A stretch of DNA of 64,000 bases from Dendrobates tinctorius (lineage: Eukaryota): the NCBI RefSeq assembly GCF_039654945.1, contig NW_027361917.1:9052001-9116000 (forward strand), given 5' to 3'. Of this stretch, positions 26,473-40,057 are shown piece by piece; the first letter of the stretch is position 1, and each line of letters opens with the position of its first letter. A model generated the notes under the pieces. That model worked only from the letters and a program-made list of their open reading frames with translations. It had not been told where the DNA came from and ran no database searches. The translations under genes were made by a program, and so were the position numbers.

Positions 26473-26799
26473 GCATAGTTATTTCAACTCACCCTGCTTG
26501 TCCCCTTATGCTATTGAGGTCAAGTAACTTTTCAAAGTGGTTTATGATCCATGTAGGCCTGGACACTTGTTTATTTGCTAAATACATTTATTGTGTCCTG
26601 CTGTCCTAACTTAGTTTGATTGCTAACGAGTAAGGAGAAAAAAAAAAGGAAGATCTTAGAACTGGCCTTCTATAAATTCAGAGCTAGCCTGGGGATGCAT
26701 TTATGCAGGGGGGCATTTATGTACATGTAATCGAAGTACATGTATCAAAGTACGCTGGCAATTATAACATGGCAGTTAGACAGGGCAGGAGACAGGTAA

Positions 26800-29700
26800 G
26801 ACAAATAAATAAATCTATTCCTTGTACATTTGGACTACCACAAATATTTGCCATATGCATTTGTATAATTTATATCCTGGCTGCTGCATTTACACACACC
26901 CACCGCCCTGACATTAACTCTCTACACTCCATCCATATTGGCCCCTCACTCCTTTCCTCTCCTATGTATAGCACTCACGCTGTTTTCACATTGCTTCACA
27001 TCACAGATCCATTCAGTCCCACCTTTCAACATCAAAGATGCTCTCACAAATCACTTAACCATCTGCTCACTCTTTCTATCCTCCTTCTCCTAGTCGCAGG
27101 AGACATTGCTCCCAACCCTGATCCCCCATGTTATAGAAAGTCAAACCCCCCAACTGCTACAGAAACCCCTCTAATCTTATTAATATTCCCTGCCTGCCAT
27201 CTGTCTCTCTTAATTGTGCCCTTTGGAGTTCTCGCTCAGTGTGTAACAAACTCTCCTTCATTCATGACTTTTTCCTTTCTAATTCTCTTAACCTTCTGGC
27301 TCTTACTGAAACCTGGATCCAGCAGTCAGACACTACCGCTGCTGCTGCTCTTTCATATGGTGGACTACACTTCTCTCATACCCCAAGATCAGACAATAGA
27401 GCAGGTGGAGGCGTTGGTCTGCTCCTATCACCAAAATGTACCTTTCAGGTTATCCCTCAAGTACCCTCACTTGTCTTCCCTTCTTTTGAGGTCCATGCCG
27501 TCAGACTCTACACCTCCTTCTCCATGCGAGTGGTGGTGGTATATCGTCCTCCCGGCCCCTCCCATCAGGTCCTGGATCATTTTGCCACTTGGCTCCCACA
27601 TTTTCTCTCCTGTGACATCCCTACCCTCATCATGGGCGATTTCAACATCCCCATTGCTCTTCCCCTCTCCCCATCTGCTACTCATCTTTTATCTCTAACC
27701 TCATCGTTTGGCCTTTCGCAGCTTACTAGTTCTCCAACACATGAAGCGGAAACTCCCTCGACTTGGTCTTCTCTCGGCTTTGTTCAGTTGATGATTTAGC
27801 AAACTCCCCTCTCCCGCTCTCTGACCTCAACCTTCTTTCATTCTCTATCAAGAACTGCCAGGCTGCTCAGGTCATCCCCACTGTCCATATTTATAGAAAC
27901 ATACAGGCCATTAACACCCAGAAACTTATGAAGAACTTGCAGTCTTCATTGGCCCCTATCTCCTCCCTCTCATGTCCTGATTCTGCATTGAAGCATTACA
28001 GTGAAACACTTCAAAGTGCCCTGGATGAATTTGCACCTCCTATACAAAGAACACCACAACACAGACGTCGACAACCCTGGCACACCCTGGAAACACGTTT
28101 CCTGCAGCGGTGCTCCAGGTGCGCCGAACGTCTGTGGAGGAAATCCAATCTACCCGAATATTTCATCCATTATAAATTTATGCTTCGAACATACAACACT
28201 GCCCTTCACCTCTCAAACCAAACCTATTTCAACACCCTCATCATCTCACTGTCCAATAACCCTAAACGTCTAATTGACGCTTTTCATTTTCTACTCAACC
28301 CAAGAGTATAGGCCCCAACCATGGAGCTTCAAGCTGACGAATCTGGCCAATTATTTCAAAGAAAAAATTGACCAGATCCGACAGGAAATTATCTCCCAAT
28401 CACCTCATACCATGCACTGTCCTCCCTCCCCCACTGCATCTAGCTCACTCTCTGATTTTGAACCAATCACAGAAGAAGAAGTAAGCAGGCTCCTTGCATC
28501 TTCTCGCCCAACCACTTGCACCAGTGACCCATTTCCGTCACATCTGCTCCAGTCCCTTTCCCCTGCTGTCACCCCTCACCTAACTAAAATATTTAACCTC
28601 TCTCTCTCTTCTGGTATCTTTCCCTCCTCATTTAAGCATGCCATCATACATCCACTACTTAAAAAACCATCCCTCGACCAAAACTGTGCCGCTAACTATA
28701 GACCTGTCTCTACTCTTCCCTTCATCTCTAAACTCCTGGAACGCCTGGTCCACTCCCGTCTTATCCGCTATCTCTTTGATAACTCTCTTCTCGACTCTCT
28801 CCAATCCGGTTTCCGCTCTTTACACTCTACTGAAACTGCCCTCACTAAAGTCTCAAATGATCTACTAACAGCTAAATCAAATGGTCATTACTCCATGCTA
28901 ATTCTCTTGGATCTCTCTGCAGCATTCGACACTGTGAATCATCAGCTCCTCCTCACTATGTTCCGTTCCATTGGCCTCAAGGACACCATTCTCTTCTGGT
29001 TTTCCTCCTATCTCTCTGACCGCTCCTTTACTGTATCTTTTGCTGGCTCCTCCTCCTCTCATCTTCCCCTTGCTGTTGGGGTTCCTCAAGTATCAGTCCT
29101 AGGCCCCCTCCTCTTCTCTTTGTACACTGCCCCTATTGGTCAAACAATCAGTAGATTTGGTTTCCAGTACCATCTCTATGCTGATGACACCCAATTATAT
29201 GCTTCTTCTCCTGACATCACGCCTGCCTTTCTAGAAAACACCAGCGATTGTCTAAACGCTGTGTCTAACATCATGTCCTCACTATATTTGAAACTGAACC
29301 TGTCAAAGAGTGAACTCCTTGTGTTTCCTCCTGCTACTAATGTACCTATACCCGACATTGCCATTTCCGTGTGTGGTTCCACTATTACTCCCCAGCATCA
29401 TGCCCGCTGTCTTGGGGTCGTACTTGACTCTGAGCTTTCCTTTGTCCCCCACATTCGATCACTGGCTCGCTCTTGTTATCTGCACCTCAAAAACATTTCT
29501 AGAATTCGACTTTTTCTTACTTTTGACTCCGCAAAAACTCTCACTGTTTCTCTTATTCATTCTCGTCTCGACTATTGTAACTCTCTTCTAATCGGTCTCC
29601 CTCTTACTAAACTCTCCCCCCTCCAATCTGTCTTGAATGCTGCTGCCAGGATCAAATTCCTCGCCAATCGTTACACCAATGCCTCTACCTTGTGCCAGTC

Positions 29701-30385
29701 ATTACACTGGCTACCTATCCACTCCAGAATCCAGTACAAACTTATTACCCTCACCCACAAAGCTCTTCATGGCACAACACCACCCTACATCTCCTCCCTT
29801 GTTTCAGTATACCACCCTACCCGCGCCCTCCGTTCTGCTGATGACCTGAGGTTAGCATCCACAATAATCAGAACCTCCCACTCCCGTCTCCAAGACTATA
29901 CACGTGCTGTGCCAATTTTTTGGTATGCACTTCCCAGGTCAATACGATTAGTCCCTAATCCCCACAATTTTAAGCGTGCCCTGAAAACTCATTTATTCAG
30001 ACTGGCCTACCGCCTCAACACATTAACCTAATCTATCCCTGTGTGGCACAGCCAAAAGTTTTTACCATAACCAGGTTCCCCGCATCATGTTCCCACATGC
30101 TTTATACATCCATTAGCCCTCTGTGTCTGTACTGTTACACACTTAACATTATAGCTGGTCCATACAATCAGGGCAACTGTTACCACCCACTTTTCGTGTC
30201 TCCCCTTTTCCTCATAGATTGTAAGCTTGCGAGCAGGGCCCTCATTCCTCTTGGTATCTGTTATGATCTATGTGATTATTGTTATGCTGTTATGTCTATT
30301 GTCTGTACAAGTCCCCTCTGAAATGTAAAGTGCTGCGGAATATGTCGGCGCTATAGAAATAAAATGTATTATTATTATTATTATT
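26800..30385 (+). mobile_element. L2-clade LINE, near full length, frameshifted
   Basis: APE fragments (LALTETW, GGGVGLLL, GDFNI), an RT ORF, and a 3'UTR ending AATAAAATG(TAT)n. The 5' boundary is approximate. Confidence 0.9.
28274..30031 (+). pseudogene. L2 reverse transcriptase domain (open remnant of a disrupted EN-RT ORF)
   Basis: [51 protein letters not shown] and LHWLP motifs. Confidence 0.93.
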
Positions 30386-31672
30386 AGGTGCAATTCAGAT
30401 AGACGCCCTGCCTGCCAGTCAGTTTTCATGTTATTTTTTCTAAGGGGGAGGATGTAGGAACTTATGTATACTATACCAGGCTGAATCTAGTACCAGGAAT
30501 ACAATGCTAAGCTTTATTTGTTTTCAGATTTACAAAGCTAAACAATATCTCTGACAATTGCTCTGAAAGGAGAATAATAGGCTGCCCAGGGGAATGGGAA
30601 GCGGTGGCGGAGAATGGAAAGAGTGAACTTCCTGACAATTGCATCTGCACAATAGGTGATTGATTAGGTAATGTGAAACGCAGGCAGCTTTTTAAAAAAT
30701 CTTTTGGCCACTTTTTTTCCAATCCATAAAACGTAAACTTTTCACGTATCCTACCTGTATTATATGGTATATTTCTACACCAGTATAACAGCACGGGAAT
30801 AAAGGCACAGGAATAGATTCCAAGGATCAGGCTTCTCCTTTTCACTCTCTGTAGATACAGGTCGTTTATGTCTGTACAAATCTTATAGGACTTGGCCCAG
30901 GTCCCGAAGAAAAAGTGGAACAGATAAGTAAAATGTTTTCCAGAAGATGAATTTTCAATTAATAGTTTAAAGTCAATCTGTCACCAGATTATACAGTAAA
31001 AGCTGCATACATTACTAAATAGATATCTTAAACTCAATGAGACTGCTGTACTTACTTTGAAAATCCATATTAGAATGGCTGTATAATCCTTCGAGCATTG
31101 TCTGTATGGAGTCTTACAAAACGGGCAAAGTGCCATTGTAGAAAATATGTAAATTACCGCTCTCATATGGAATTGTAAGGTAGTTACCTCACTCTCCTAA
31201 GGAGCACTTGTGAGATAATTTATTTCCTTCTGAAATTTTCATACTTTTTCTCAATTTGTCTGTAAATTAATTTCTAGATTTATTCCTGGTCATGTTACAA
31301 GGCTCATTAAAAAAAAAATTGGACATTGACAAGTCAGCTATCTGCTATGGAGCATTGCCTGTAAAACTGCATTCTCAGCTGGGAATTTAAGGAGAAGCAG
31401 TACTTCCCTCTCTATGGGTACATTGGCACTCTTTATCAGTGTTCCTTGACATACCGTGGGGAAAAAAGTGCATTATTTAGTCAGCCACCAATTGTGCACG
31501 TTCTCCCACTTAAAAACATGAGAGAGGCCTGTAAATGACATCATAGGTAGACCACAACTATGAGAGTCAAAATGAGAAAACAAATCCAGAAAATCATCTT
31601 GTCTGATTTGGCAAGATTTATTTTGCAAATTATGGTGGGAAATAAGTATTTGGTCCTTAAAAAAAGTTTGTC

Positions 31673-32696
<1,024 letters not shown>

Positions 32697-33030
32697 AGTG
32701 GAGTTTGCAGTGTGACTGTTTGAGGTTGTGGACAGGTGTATTTTATACTGATAACAACTTCAATCAGGTGCCATTACTGCAGGGTACACGTAATGAGTGG
32801 AGGACAGAGGAGCCTCTAAAAGAAGCTATGAGAGCTAGAAATCTTGCATGTTTTTAGGTGACCAAATACTTATTGTCCACCATAATTTGAAAACTAAATC
32901 TTGCCAAATCAGACAATGTGATTTTCTGGATTGGTTTTCTCATTTTGACTCTCATAGTTGTGATCTACCTATGATGTCAATTAAAGGCCTCATGCTTTTA
33001 AGTGGGAGAACTTGCACAATTGGTGGCTGA

Positions 33031-33376
33031 TTAGGACTGCTCAGATCCTTCCTTATCTGATTTGTGGACAGCATAATGACATCTGTGCCCTCATGTAATC
33101 ATTGTGAAGCCGCCAAATATCCAATCCTCTTAAAAGTTAATTTTGAGTCTCTCATCACCTCGACAATATTAAATGCAGCCCAGCTGATGTCATAGCCCAG
33201 CATTTGCAAATAGGTTAGCTTTCAAACGGCATTAGCTTTCACAGCAATGTTGTCTTGCTTAAGTTCTTGTTGGATCTCATCGATACAGTGGGAGATATAT
33301 TTTGCCTCATCCTCTTTGTGATTGCAGATTCTCCTGACCAGATCCTGCAGGTTCTTGTTGAACATGCGGTCAATAC
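33031..33376 (-). pseudogene. AP3D1: Intronless AP-3 complex subunit delta fragment A (approx. codons 9-124)
   Basis: The minus strand translates IDRMFNKNLQDLVRRICNHKEDEAKYISHCIDEIQQELKQDNIAVKANAV*KLTYLQMLGYDISWAAFNIVEVMRDSKLTFKRIGYLAASQ*LHEGTDVIMLSTNQIRKDLSSPNQ, which matches the vertebrate AP3D1 N-terminus with two stops. Confidence 0.93.
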
Positions 33377-33598
33377 CACATGGTTGCTATGGGCGGGAAA
33401 TAGAGTTAGCTGAGTTGCAGCCATTTTTGCTTCTGTGTCCGGTGACAAGAGTCTGGAGCGGCTCGATCCCGTGCACAGACATGGCGGTCCATATGGTGAA
33501 GGGAAGTATTGACTTCATGTTCGACAAGAACCTGCAGGATCTGGTCAGGGGAATCCACAATCACAAAGTTAATGCGGCAAAATATATCTCCCACTGTA
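33377..33598 (+). pseudogene. AP3D1: AP3D1 fragment B (putative 5'UTR plus first ~39 codons)
   Basis: ATG at 33481 gives MAVHMVKGSIDFMFDKNLQDLVRGIHNHKVNAAKYISHC, versus AP3D1 MALKMVKGSIDRMFDKNLQDLVRGIRNHKEDEAKYISQC. Confidence 0.9.
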
Positions 33599-34183
33599 CA
33601 TGCATGGTGGTGAGCAAATACTTGAGTGACACCACAGGATGGCAGGCAACCAGATATAATTAAAACAGCCAACCGTATAATTATCTTTGAAGTTAGAGCA
33701 TCAACACTGACTATGCATGATTATACAAGGAAAAAAGACTAGTGTATATACTTAAAGTGCACAGTGCTTGTAAACTAAACATGGATAGTTATAACTAGAA
33801 CACAACCTAGTTCAGGCAAAGTGCATAGTGCTAAGGTAGAACCTGAGGCTAAATCAGTGATGTTGCCAAAACAGTTAGAATGGATGACAGACAAGAGATT
33901 GCTGAATGATTACCTGAACCATGCGATTGTGTCACTTCCCCTACGCGCGTTTCAGCGGCGTGCCTTCGTTAGGGGGGAAATGAACTCCATATAGATTGAT
34001 TTTGCTCAATCAGTGCAAACAATATCAGGATAGGGACATAACTCACTGACAAAGGAGAATGGTAATGTCAAGTTGGGTATTTATGAAAACAATTGCAAGA
34101 GAAAAAAAAAACAGGGGATCGGCACAATGCAAAGTTTTCAGCAAATTTTATGGGGAAAACAAATATTTTCTAAAATAGATATA

Positions 34184-34222
34184 CAGTGGGGAAAAAAAGT
34201 ATTTAGTCAGCCACCAATTGTG
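34184..34222 (+). mobile_element. Isolated outer TIR end of Tc1 family 2
   Basis: TA-CAGTGGGGAAAAAAAGTATTTAGTCAGCCACCAATTGTG, matching 31454-31496. Confidence 0.85.
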
Positions 34223-34239
34223 GTCAGCATAATGACATC

Positions 34240-35097
34240 TGTTATGAATGGGTCACCGAGGAGGATGGCAGGAACAGGCTAAGCCACCAGAAGAACAGTG
34301 AGGTTGGTAACTAAGAGGATTGCAGACCCCTGATCCTATCTGCACAACTAGCAGTAGCCGTGGAGCATTCCTATGATGCCCTAGACGCCTTGTCACAGCC
34401 AGAGGACTAACTAAGCCTAAAGACAGAAAGATTTCATCTAAACTGCCCCGGAGCAGATCCCCAAAGGAATAGGCAGCCCCCAAACATATATTGTAGGTGA
34501 GACAAAATGAGACATAAACACAGGCAGAGAAAAGACTGAGAAAACGGTGGGGCCCAAGCTGTCTAGACAGGACAGGATAGAAAAGATACTGTCTGCAATC
34601 ACGCACAAAACCCTGAAAAACTCCAACACTTTTGATATACAAAAAACCTGAGATCACACGATCTCACCCCCGCTAGATCAGCACTCTTGTATAAACTGGC
34701 AGCAAGCAAAAAGACACTAACATAACAGGGGACTGAACAAGCTGCAACATATGAAGCAGGGCCCAGCGCTGCTCCCAGCACGGAGCACACTGAACCCTAA
34801 CAGCAAAACAGAAAGCAAAAAAGACACAACCAGATTAGATGCAAAGGATTAGCAAAAGAATCACTTAGCTGAACCATGCAGATCAGGCAGGGGACAAAAG
34901 AGCTCCAAATGCACACTGAGGAAATCACCCGCAACCTCCAAGAGCAGCCAGCTCAATTATATGCTCCCAGCCAGTAATCCCAGGTTTCCAATTATCGTTG
35001 TCAGGTGGGGAACTGACCAACTCCACTATTCTCAGTAACCACCAGAGGGAGCAGAGGGAGCTTCGGCTCAGAACTCCGAGCAAGAGAGTTCACAACA
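34240..35097 (-). repeat. 3' LTR of the Gypsy element
   Basis: Direct repeat of 39184-40057, adjacent to the PPT. Confidence 0.95.
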
Positions 35098-37780
35098 GTA
35101 CCCCTCCTTGAGGAGGGGTCACCGAACCCTCATCCACGCCACCAGGCCGATCAGGATGGGCCCGGTGAAAGGCACGAATCAATCTCTTGGCATGGATGTC
35201 AGAAGCAGAGACCCAAGAATTATCCTCCTGGCCATAACCCTTCCACTTGACCAAGTACTGAAGTCTCCGTCTAGCCAGATGAGAATCCAATATCTTCTCT
35301 ACCTCATACTCCAAATTACCCTTAACTAGTACAGAGTCAGAGGGCGCTACCATGGGAACAACTGGCTCCACAAACCTTTTGAACAAAGATTTATGAAAGA
35401 CGTTATGAATCTTAAACTTAACTGGAAGAGCCAAACGAAAAGAAACGGGGTTAAGGATTTCCAAAATCTTATAAGGTCCAATAAACCTTGGCCTGAATTT
35501 TGGACATGCAACTTTCATGGGAATATTTTTTGAGGACAACCAAACCATATCACCCACTTTAAACCGGGGACCAATGGTCCTATGCCGGTGGGAAAACCGT
35601 TGGGCCTTTTCCTGAGAGTGGGACAACTTATCCACTGCTTGGTCCCAAATCTGCTGCATTCTCTCTACCACAGAATCCATACTTGGTCAGGCAGGAGCTT
35701 CTACCTGCCCCGAAGAAAATCGAGGATGAAACCCAAAGTTACAAAAGAAAGGAAACATCAAAGTGGCAGAGCTAGCCCTATTGTTTAGCGCGAATTCGGC
35801 CAAGTGCAAAAATGAGATCCAATCATCCTGATCAGCAGATATGAAACATCTAAAATAGGACTCCAACGTCTGGTTTGTTCTCTCAGTCTGCCCATTGGTC
35901 TGAGGATGAAATGCAGAGGAGAAAGACAACTGAATTCCCAGTTTGGAACAAAAAGCCCTCCAAAATCTGGAAACAAACTGGACCCCTCTGTCTAACACAA
36001 TGTTCTCAGGAATCCCGTGCAAACGAACCACTTGTTGTAAAAACAAGGGCACCAACTCAGTAGAAGATGGCAACTTTGGGAGTGGTACAAGATGCACCAT
36101 CTTAGAAAATCTATCACAGATCACCCAAATAACAGTCGTTCTCTGAGAGACAGGGAGATCAGAGATAAAATCCATTGAGATATGGGTCCATGGCCTCCTG
36201 GGCACCGGCAGAAGCATCAGCAAACCACTAGCACAAGAACAGGGCTTAGACTGAGAACAAGTCCCACAGGACTGCACGAAATTCCTGACATCACGAGATA
36301 AGGCAGGCCACCAAAAAGACCAACTCACCAAATCTCTGGTACCAAAGATACCTGGATAACCAGCCAACGCGGAACAATGAATTTCAGTCAATACTCTTTT
36401 CCTCCACTGGTCAGGGACATACAATTTTACAATTACAATCGTTCAGGTTTATCCTCCTGAAATTCCTCCAGGGCACATCTCAAATCAGGAGAGATGGTGG
36501 AAAGAACTACACTCTCATTTAGAATGGTCGTAGGCTTGGTCACGTCAAGAGAATCCGCAAAGAAACTCCTAGAAAGGGCGTCCGTCTTAACATTCTAAGG
36601 TCCCAGAAGAAAGGAGACCACAAAATTAAAACATGTGAAAAACAAGACCCACCTAGCCTGTCTAGGATTTAAGTGCTTGGCTGATTCAAGATAAATCAAA
36701 TTCTTGTGATCGGTGAGGACCACAACTTGATGTCTAGCTCCCTCCAACCAATGTCTCCACCCTTCAAATGCCCACTTCATGGCCAATAATTCCCAATTCC
36801 CCATGTCATAGTTACGTTCAGATGGAGAAAATTTTCGAGAAAAGAAGGCACAGGGATTCATCTTAGAGGTTACCGGATCTCTTTGAGACAAAACGGCTCG
36901 TGCATCAATCTCAGAACCATCTATCTCCACCTGAAATGGGAGTGAAACATCAGGTTGCCATAGAACAGGAGCAGAAGTGAATCTCTGCTTAAGCTCCTGA
37001 AATGCCGTGACTGACTCTGGAGACCAACTTACCACATCAGGGCCCTTTTTGGTCAAATCCGTCAGAAGTTTAACAATACCAGAAAAATTACTTATAAATT
37101 TATGGTAGAAATGAGCAAAACCCAAAAACTTCTGAAGAGCTTTCAGAGAAGTGGGCTGAACCCAATCATAAATGGCCTGTACTTTAGCTGGGTCCATTTC
37201 AATAGCAGACGGGGACAAAATGAATCCCAAAAATGAAATCCTCTGTACACCAAAGAGGCACTTCGATCCCTTAACATACAGAGAATTTTCCCTTAAAATC
37301 CGGAACACAGTCCGGACATGTTCCACATGAGAATCCCAATCAATGGAAAAAATAAAAATACCATCCAGATAAATGATCAAAAACTTATTTACAAGGTCCT
37401 GGAAAATATCGTTCATAAAAGATTGGAAGATGGAAGGGGCATTAGTGAGCCCAAAAGGCATCACCAGGTACTCAAAATGTCTCTCCAGAGTATTAAACGC
37501 CATCTTCCATTCATCCTCGTGCTTGATGCGAATAAGATTATATGCCCCCTGAGGTCAAGTTTGGTAAACCAACAAGCACTTTTAAATCTGGAAAATAAAT
37601 CAAATATCAGTACGCGTTACCCCTGATTTCTAACAGCGATTTTGCTAAGGGAACGATAGTCAATACATGGCCTTAATGAGCCATCTTTTTTGGCCACAAA
37701 GAAAAAAACAGCACCCAAAGGCAGATAGGATGGTCTGATATAACCCTTCTCCAATGATTCTTTGATATAAGATTGCATAG
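35090..37780 (-). pseudogene. Gypsy pol: RT, RNase H, integrase and chromodomain, frameshifted
   Basis: YLVMPFGLTNAP, YLDG (mutated YLDD), TDHKNL, ISMDF..FSK..PQTNGQTER, GPY motif, and chromodomain YEVEKILDS...YLVKWKGYG...SW. Confidence 0.93.
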
Positions 37781-37788
37781 CATCATGT

Positions 37789-39051
37789 TCAGGTACAGGT
37801 AAGTTGAAAAGTCAGTTGAAAAATCAGCCAAATAGGAACATCTTGAGACTGGGAAGAGGTGGAGAAAACAGGAGTGTAACTAAGAACACATTGACAACCC
37901 CAACTCACCACAGACAGAGATTTCCAATCTAAAATAGGATTATGGGTTTGCAACCAAGGAAAACCCAGCACAATAGTATCATGTAAACTGTGCAACACCA
38001 AAAATTTACAATTCTCTTGATGGTCCGGGGTGACCCGCATTGCCACCTGGGTCCAAAACTGGGGTTTATTCTCCGCCAAAGGAGTAGCATCAATCCCCCT
38101 CAAGGGAATAAGGGTTCTCAGGGGCACCATGGGGAAACCACAACGCTTGGCAAAGTCAAGATCCATCAGATTCAAAGCTGCTCCTGAATCAACAAAGGCC
38201 TTAGCAGAAAAAGTAGACAAGGAGCAGATCAAGGTAACTGCCAACAGAAACTTAGACTGTACACTGCCCACCGCAAATGCGTGAGCAAAACGTTTTTCTT
38301 GTTTAGGGCAGACAGAAATAGCATGAGAGGCGTCCCCACAAAAGAAGCATAACTTATTACGCTTTCTAAACTCTTGACGTTGCGTCCTAGACAAAACCCT
38401 ATCACATTGCATGGGTTCAGAAGTTTGTTCAAAAGGCAGCACCGCCTCTCGCGTACTTTTACGTTCATGTAAACGTCGATGAATTTGAATGGCTAATGAC
38501 ATGGAGTCGTTAAGACCAGAAGGGACAGGAAATCCCACCATAACATATTTTACGGTTTCAGCTAGACCTTTCCAAAAGAGAGCTGCTAGGGCATCATCAT
38601 TCCATTTAGTAAGTACCACCCACTTTTGGAAATTCTGGCGGTATAACTCCGCAGCATCCTGACCCTGGTTCAATGCCAATAAGGTCTTCTCAGCTTGTTC
38701 AATAGCATTAGGTTCATCATGCAACAACCCCAGGGCCTGGAAAAATGCATCCACATTAGCCAGAATAGGATCTCCAGGTGTCAGAGAAAAAGCCCAATCC
38801 TGGGGATCGCCGCGCAGCAGGGAGATGACAATTTTAACCTGCTGCACCGAGCTGCCCGGTGAATTAGGCTTCAAGGCAAGAAATAGTTTACAGTTATTCT
38901 TGAAATTCAAAAATTTAGAGCGATCCCCAGAAAACATATCAGGAGCAGGGATCTTTGGTTCTACAGCAGATGATTGAGCGAGATAGGCAGAAATTCCCCC
39001 CACTTCAGCAGCGAGCTGCTCAACACGATCGGATAATTGTTTAGTCCCCAT
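37789..39051 (-). CDS. Gypsy Gag plus aspartic protease (open segment of a broken polyprotein)
   Basis: PDMFSGDR capsid motif, CCHC knuckle [14 protein letters not shown], protease AFVDSGA, and VLGFPWL. Confidence 0.9.
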   Translation of the reverse strand: MGTKQLSDRVEQLAAEVGGISAYLAQSSAVEPKIPAPDMFSGDRSKFLNFKNNCKLFLALKPNSPGSSVQQVKIVISLLRGDPQDWAFSLTPGDPILANVDAFFQALGLLHDEPNAIEQAEKTLLALNQGQDAAELYRQNFQKWVVLTKWNDDALAALFWKGLAETVKYVMVGFPVPSGLNDSMSLAIQIHRRLHERKSTREAVLPFEQTSEPMQCDRVLSRTQRQEFRKRNKLCFFCGDASHAISVCPKQEKRFAHAFAVGSVQSKFLLAVTLICSLSTFSAKAFVDSGAALNLMDLDFAKRCGFPMVPLRTLIPLRGIDATPLAENKPQFWTQVAMRVTPDHQENCKFLVLHSLHDTIVLGFPWLQTHNPILDWKSLSVVSWGCQCVLSYTPVFSTSSQSQDVPIWLIFQLTFQLTCT

Positions 39052-39183
39052 TAAAGAAAGAATCCTCCTACGGCCCCAGAGAGAAAGAGGAAAAAAATAT
39101 ATAAAATAAATTCTGACACTTTTTTTTTTACAATTCTTTCCTTCTTTTGAGTACCCTAGAGTCTGCGGTTAGGTTGGTGATTC

Positions 39184-40057
39184 TGTTATGAATGGGTCAC
39201 CGTGGTGGATGGCAGGAACAGGCTAAGCCACCAGAAGACCAAAGAGGTTGGTAACTAAATGGATTGCAGACCCCTGATCCTATCCGCACAACTAGCAGTA
39301 GCCGTGGAGCATTTCTACGATGCCCTAGACGCCTCGTCACAGTCGGAGGACTAACTAAGCCTAAAGACAGAAAGATGAAATCTAAACTGCCCCGGAGCAG
39401 ATCCCCAAAGGAATAGACAGCCCCCAAACATATATTGTAGGTGAGACAAGATGAGACACAAACACAGGCAGAGAACAGACTGAGAAAACGGTGGGGCCCA
39501 AGCTGTCTAGACAGGACAGGATAGAAAAGATACTGTCTGCAATCACGTACAAAACCCTGAAAAAGTCCAACACTTTTGATATACAAAAAACCTGAGATCA
39601 CACGATCTCACCCCCGCTAGATCAGCACTCTGGTATAAACTGGCAGCAAGCAAAAAGACACTAACATAACAGGAGACTGAACAAGCTGCAACATATGAAA
39701 CAGGGCCTAGCGCTGCCCCCCAGCAGGGAGCACGCTGAACCCTAGCAGCAAAACAGAAAGCAAAAAGAGACACAACCAGATTAGATGCAATGGATTAGCA
39801 AAAGAATGCCTTAGCTGAACCATGCAGATCAGGCAGGGGACAAAAGAGCTCCAAATGCACACTGAGGAAATCACCAGCAACCTCCAAGAGCAGCCAGCTC
39901 AATTATATGCTCCCAGCCAGTAATCCCAGGCTTCCAATTATCGTCGTCAGGTGGGGAACTTCCATCCTTCTGACCAGTACATCCACTACGCTCAGTAACC
40001 ACCAGAGGGAGCAGAGGGAGCTTCGGGTCAGAACTCCGAGCAAGAGAATTCACAACA
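39184..40057 (-). repeat. 5' LTR of the Gypsy element
   Basis: Direct repeat of 34240-35097, upstream of the gag ATG at 39051. Confidence 0.95.

Larger units (their letters stand above)
34240..40057 (-). mobile_element. Full-length defective Ty3/Gypsy chromovirus (Tf1/sushi group)
   Basis: LTRs at 34240-35097 and 39184-40057 (TGTT...AACA), GACATC duplicated on both flanks, polypurine tract at ~35098-35120, and gag-PR-RT-RH-IN-chromodomain order. Confidence 0.95.

Noticed and set aside
26703-27698. 331-aa ORF as a host membrane protein
   Set aside because: It is the L2 5' region running out of frame through the endonuclease region after a frameshift.
34253-34790. Short ORFs repeated at 39197-39773
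   Set aside because: They are incidental frames inside the two LTRs.
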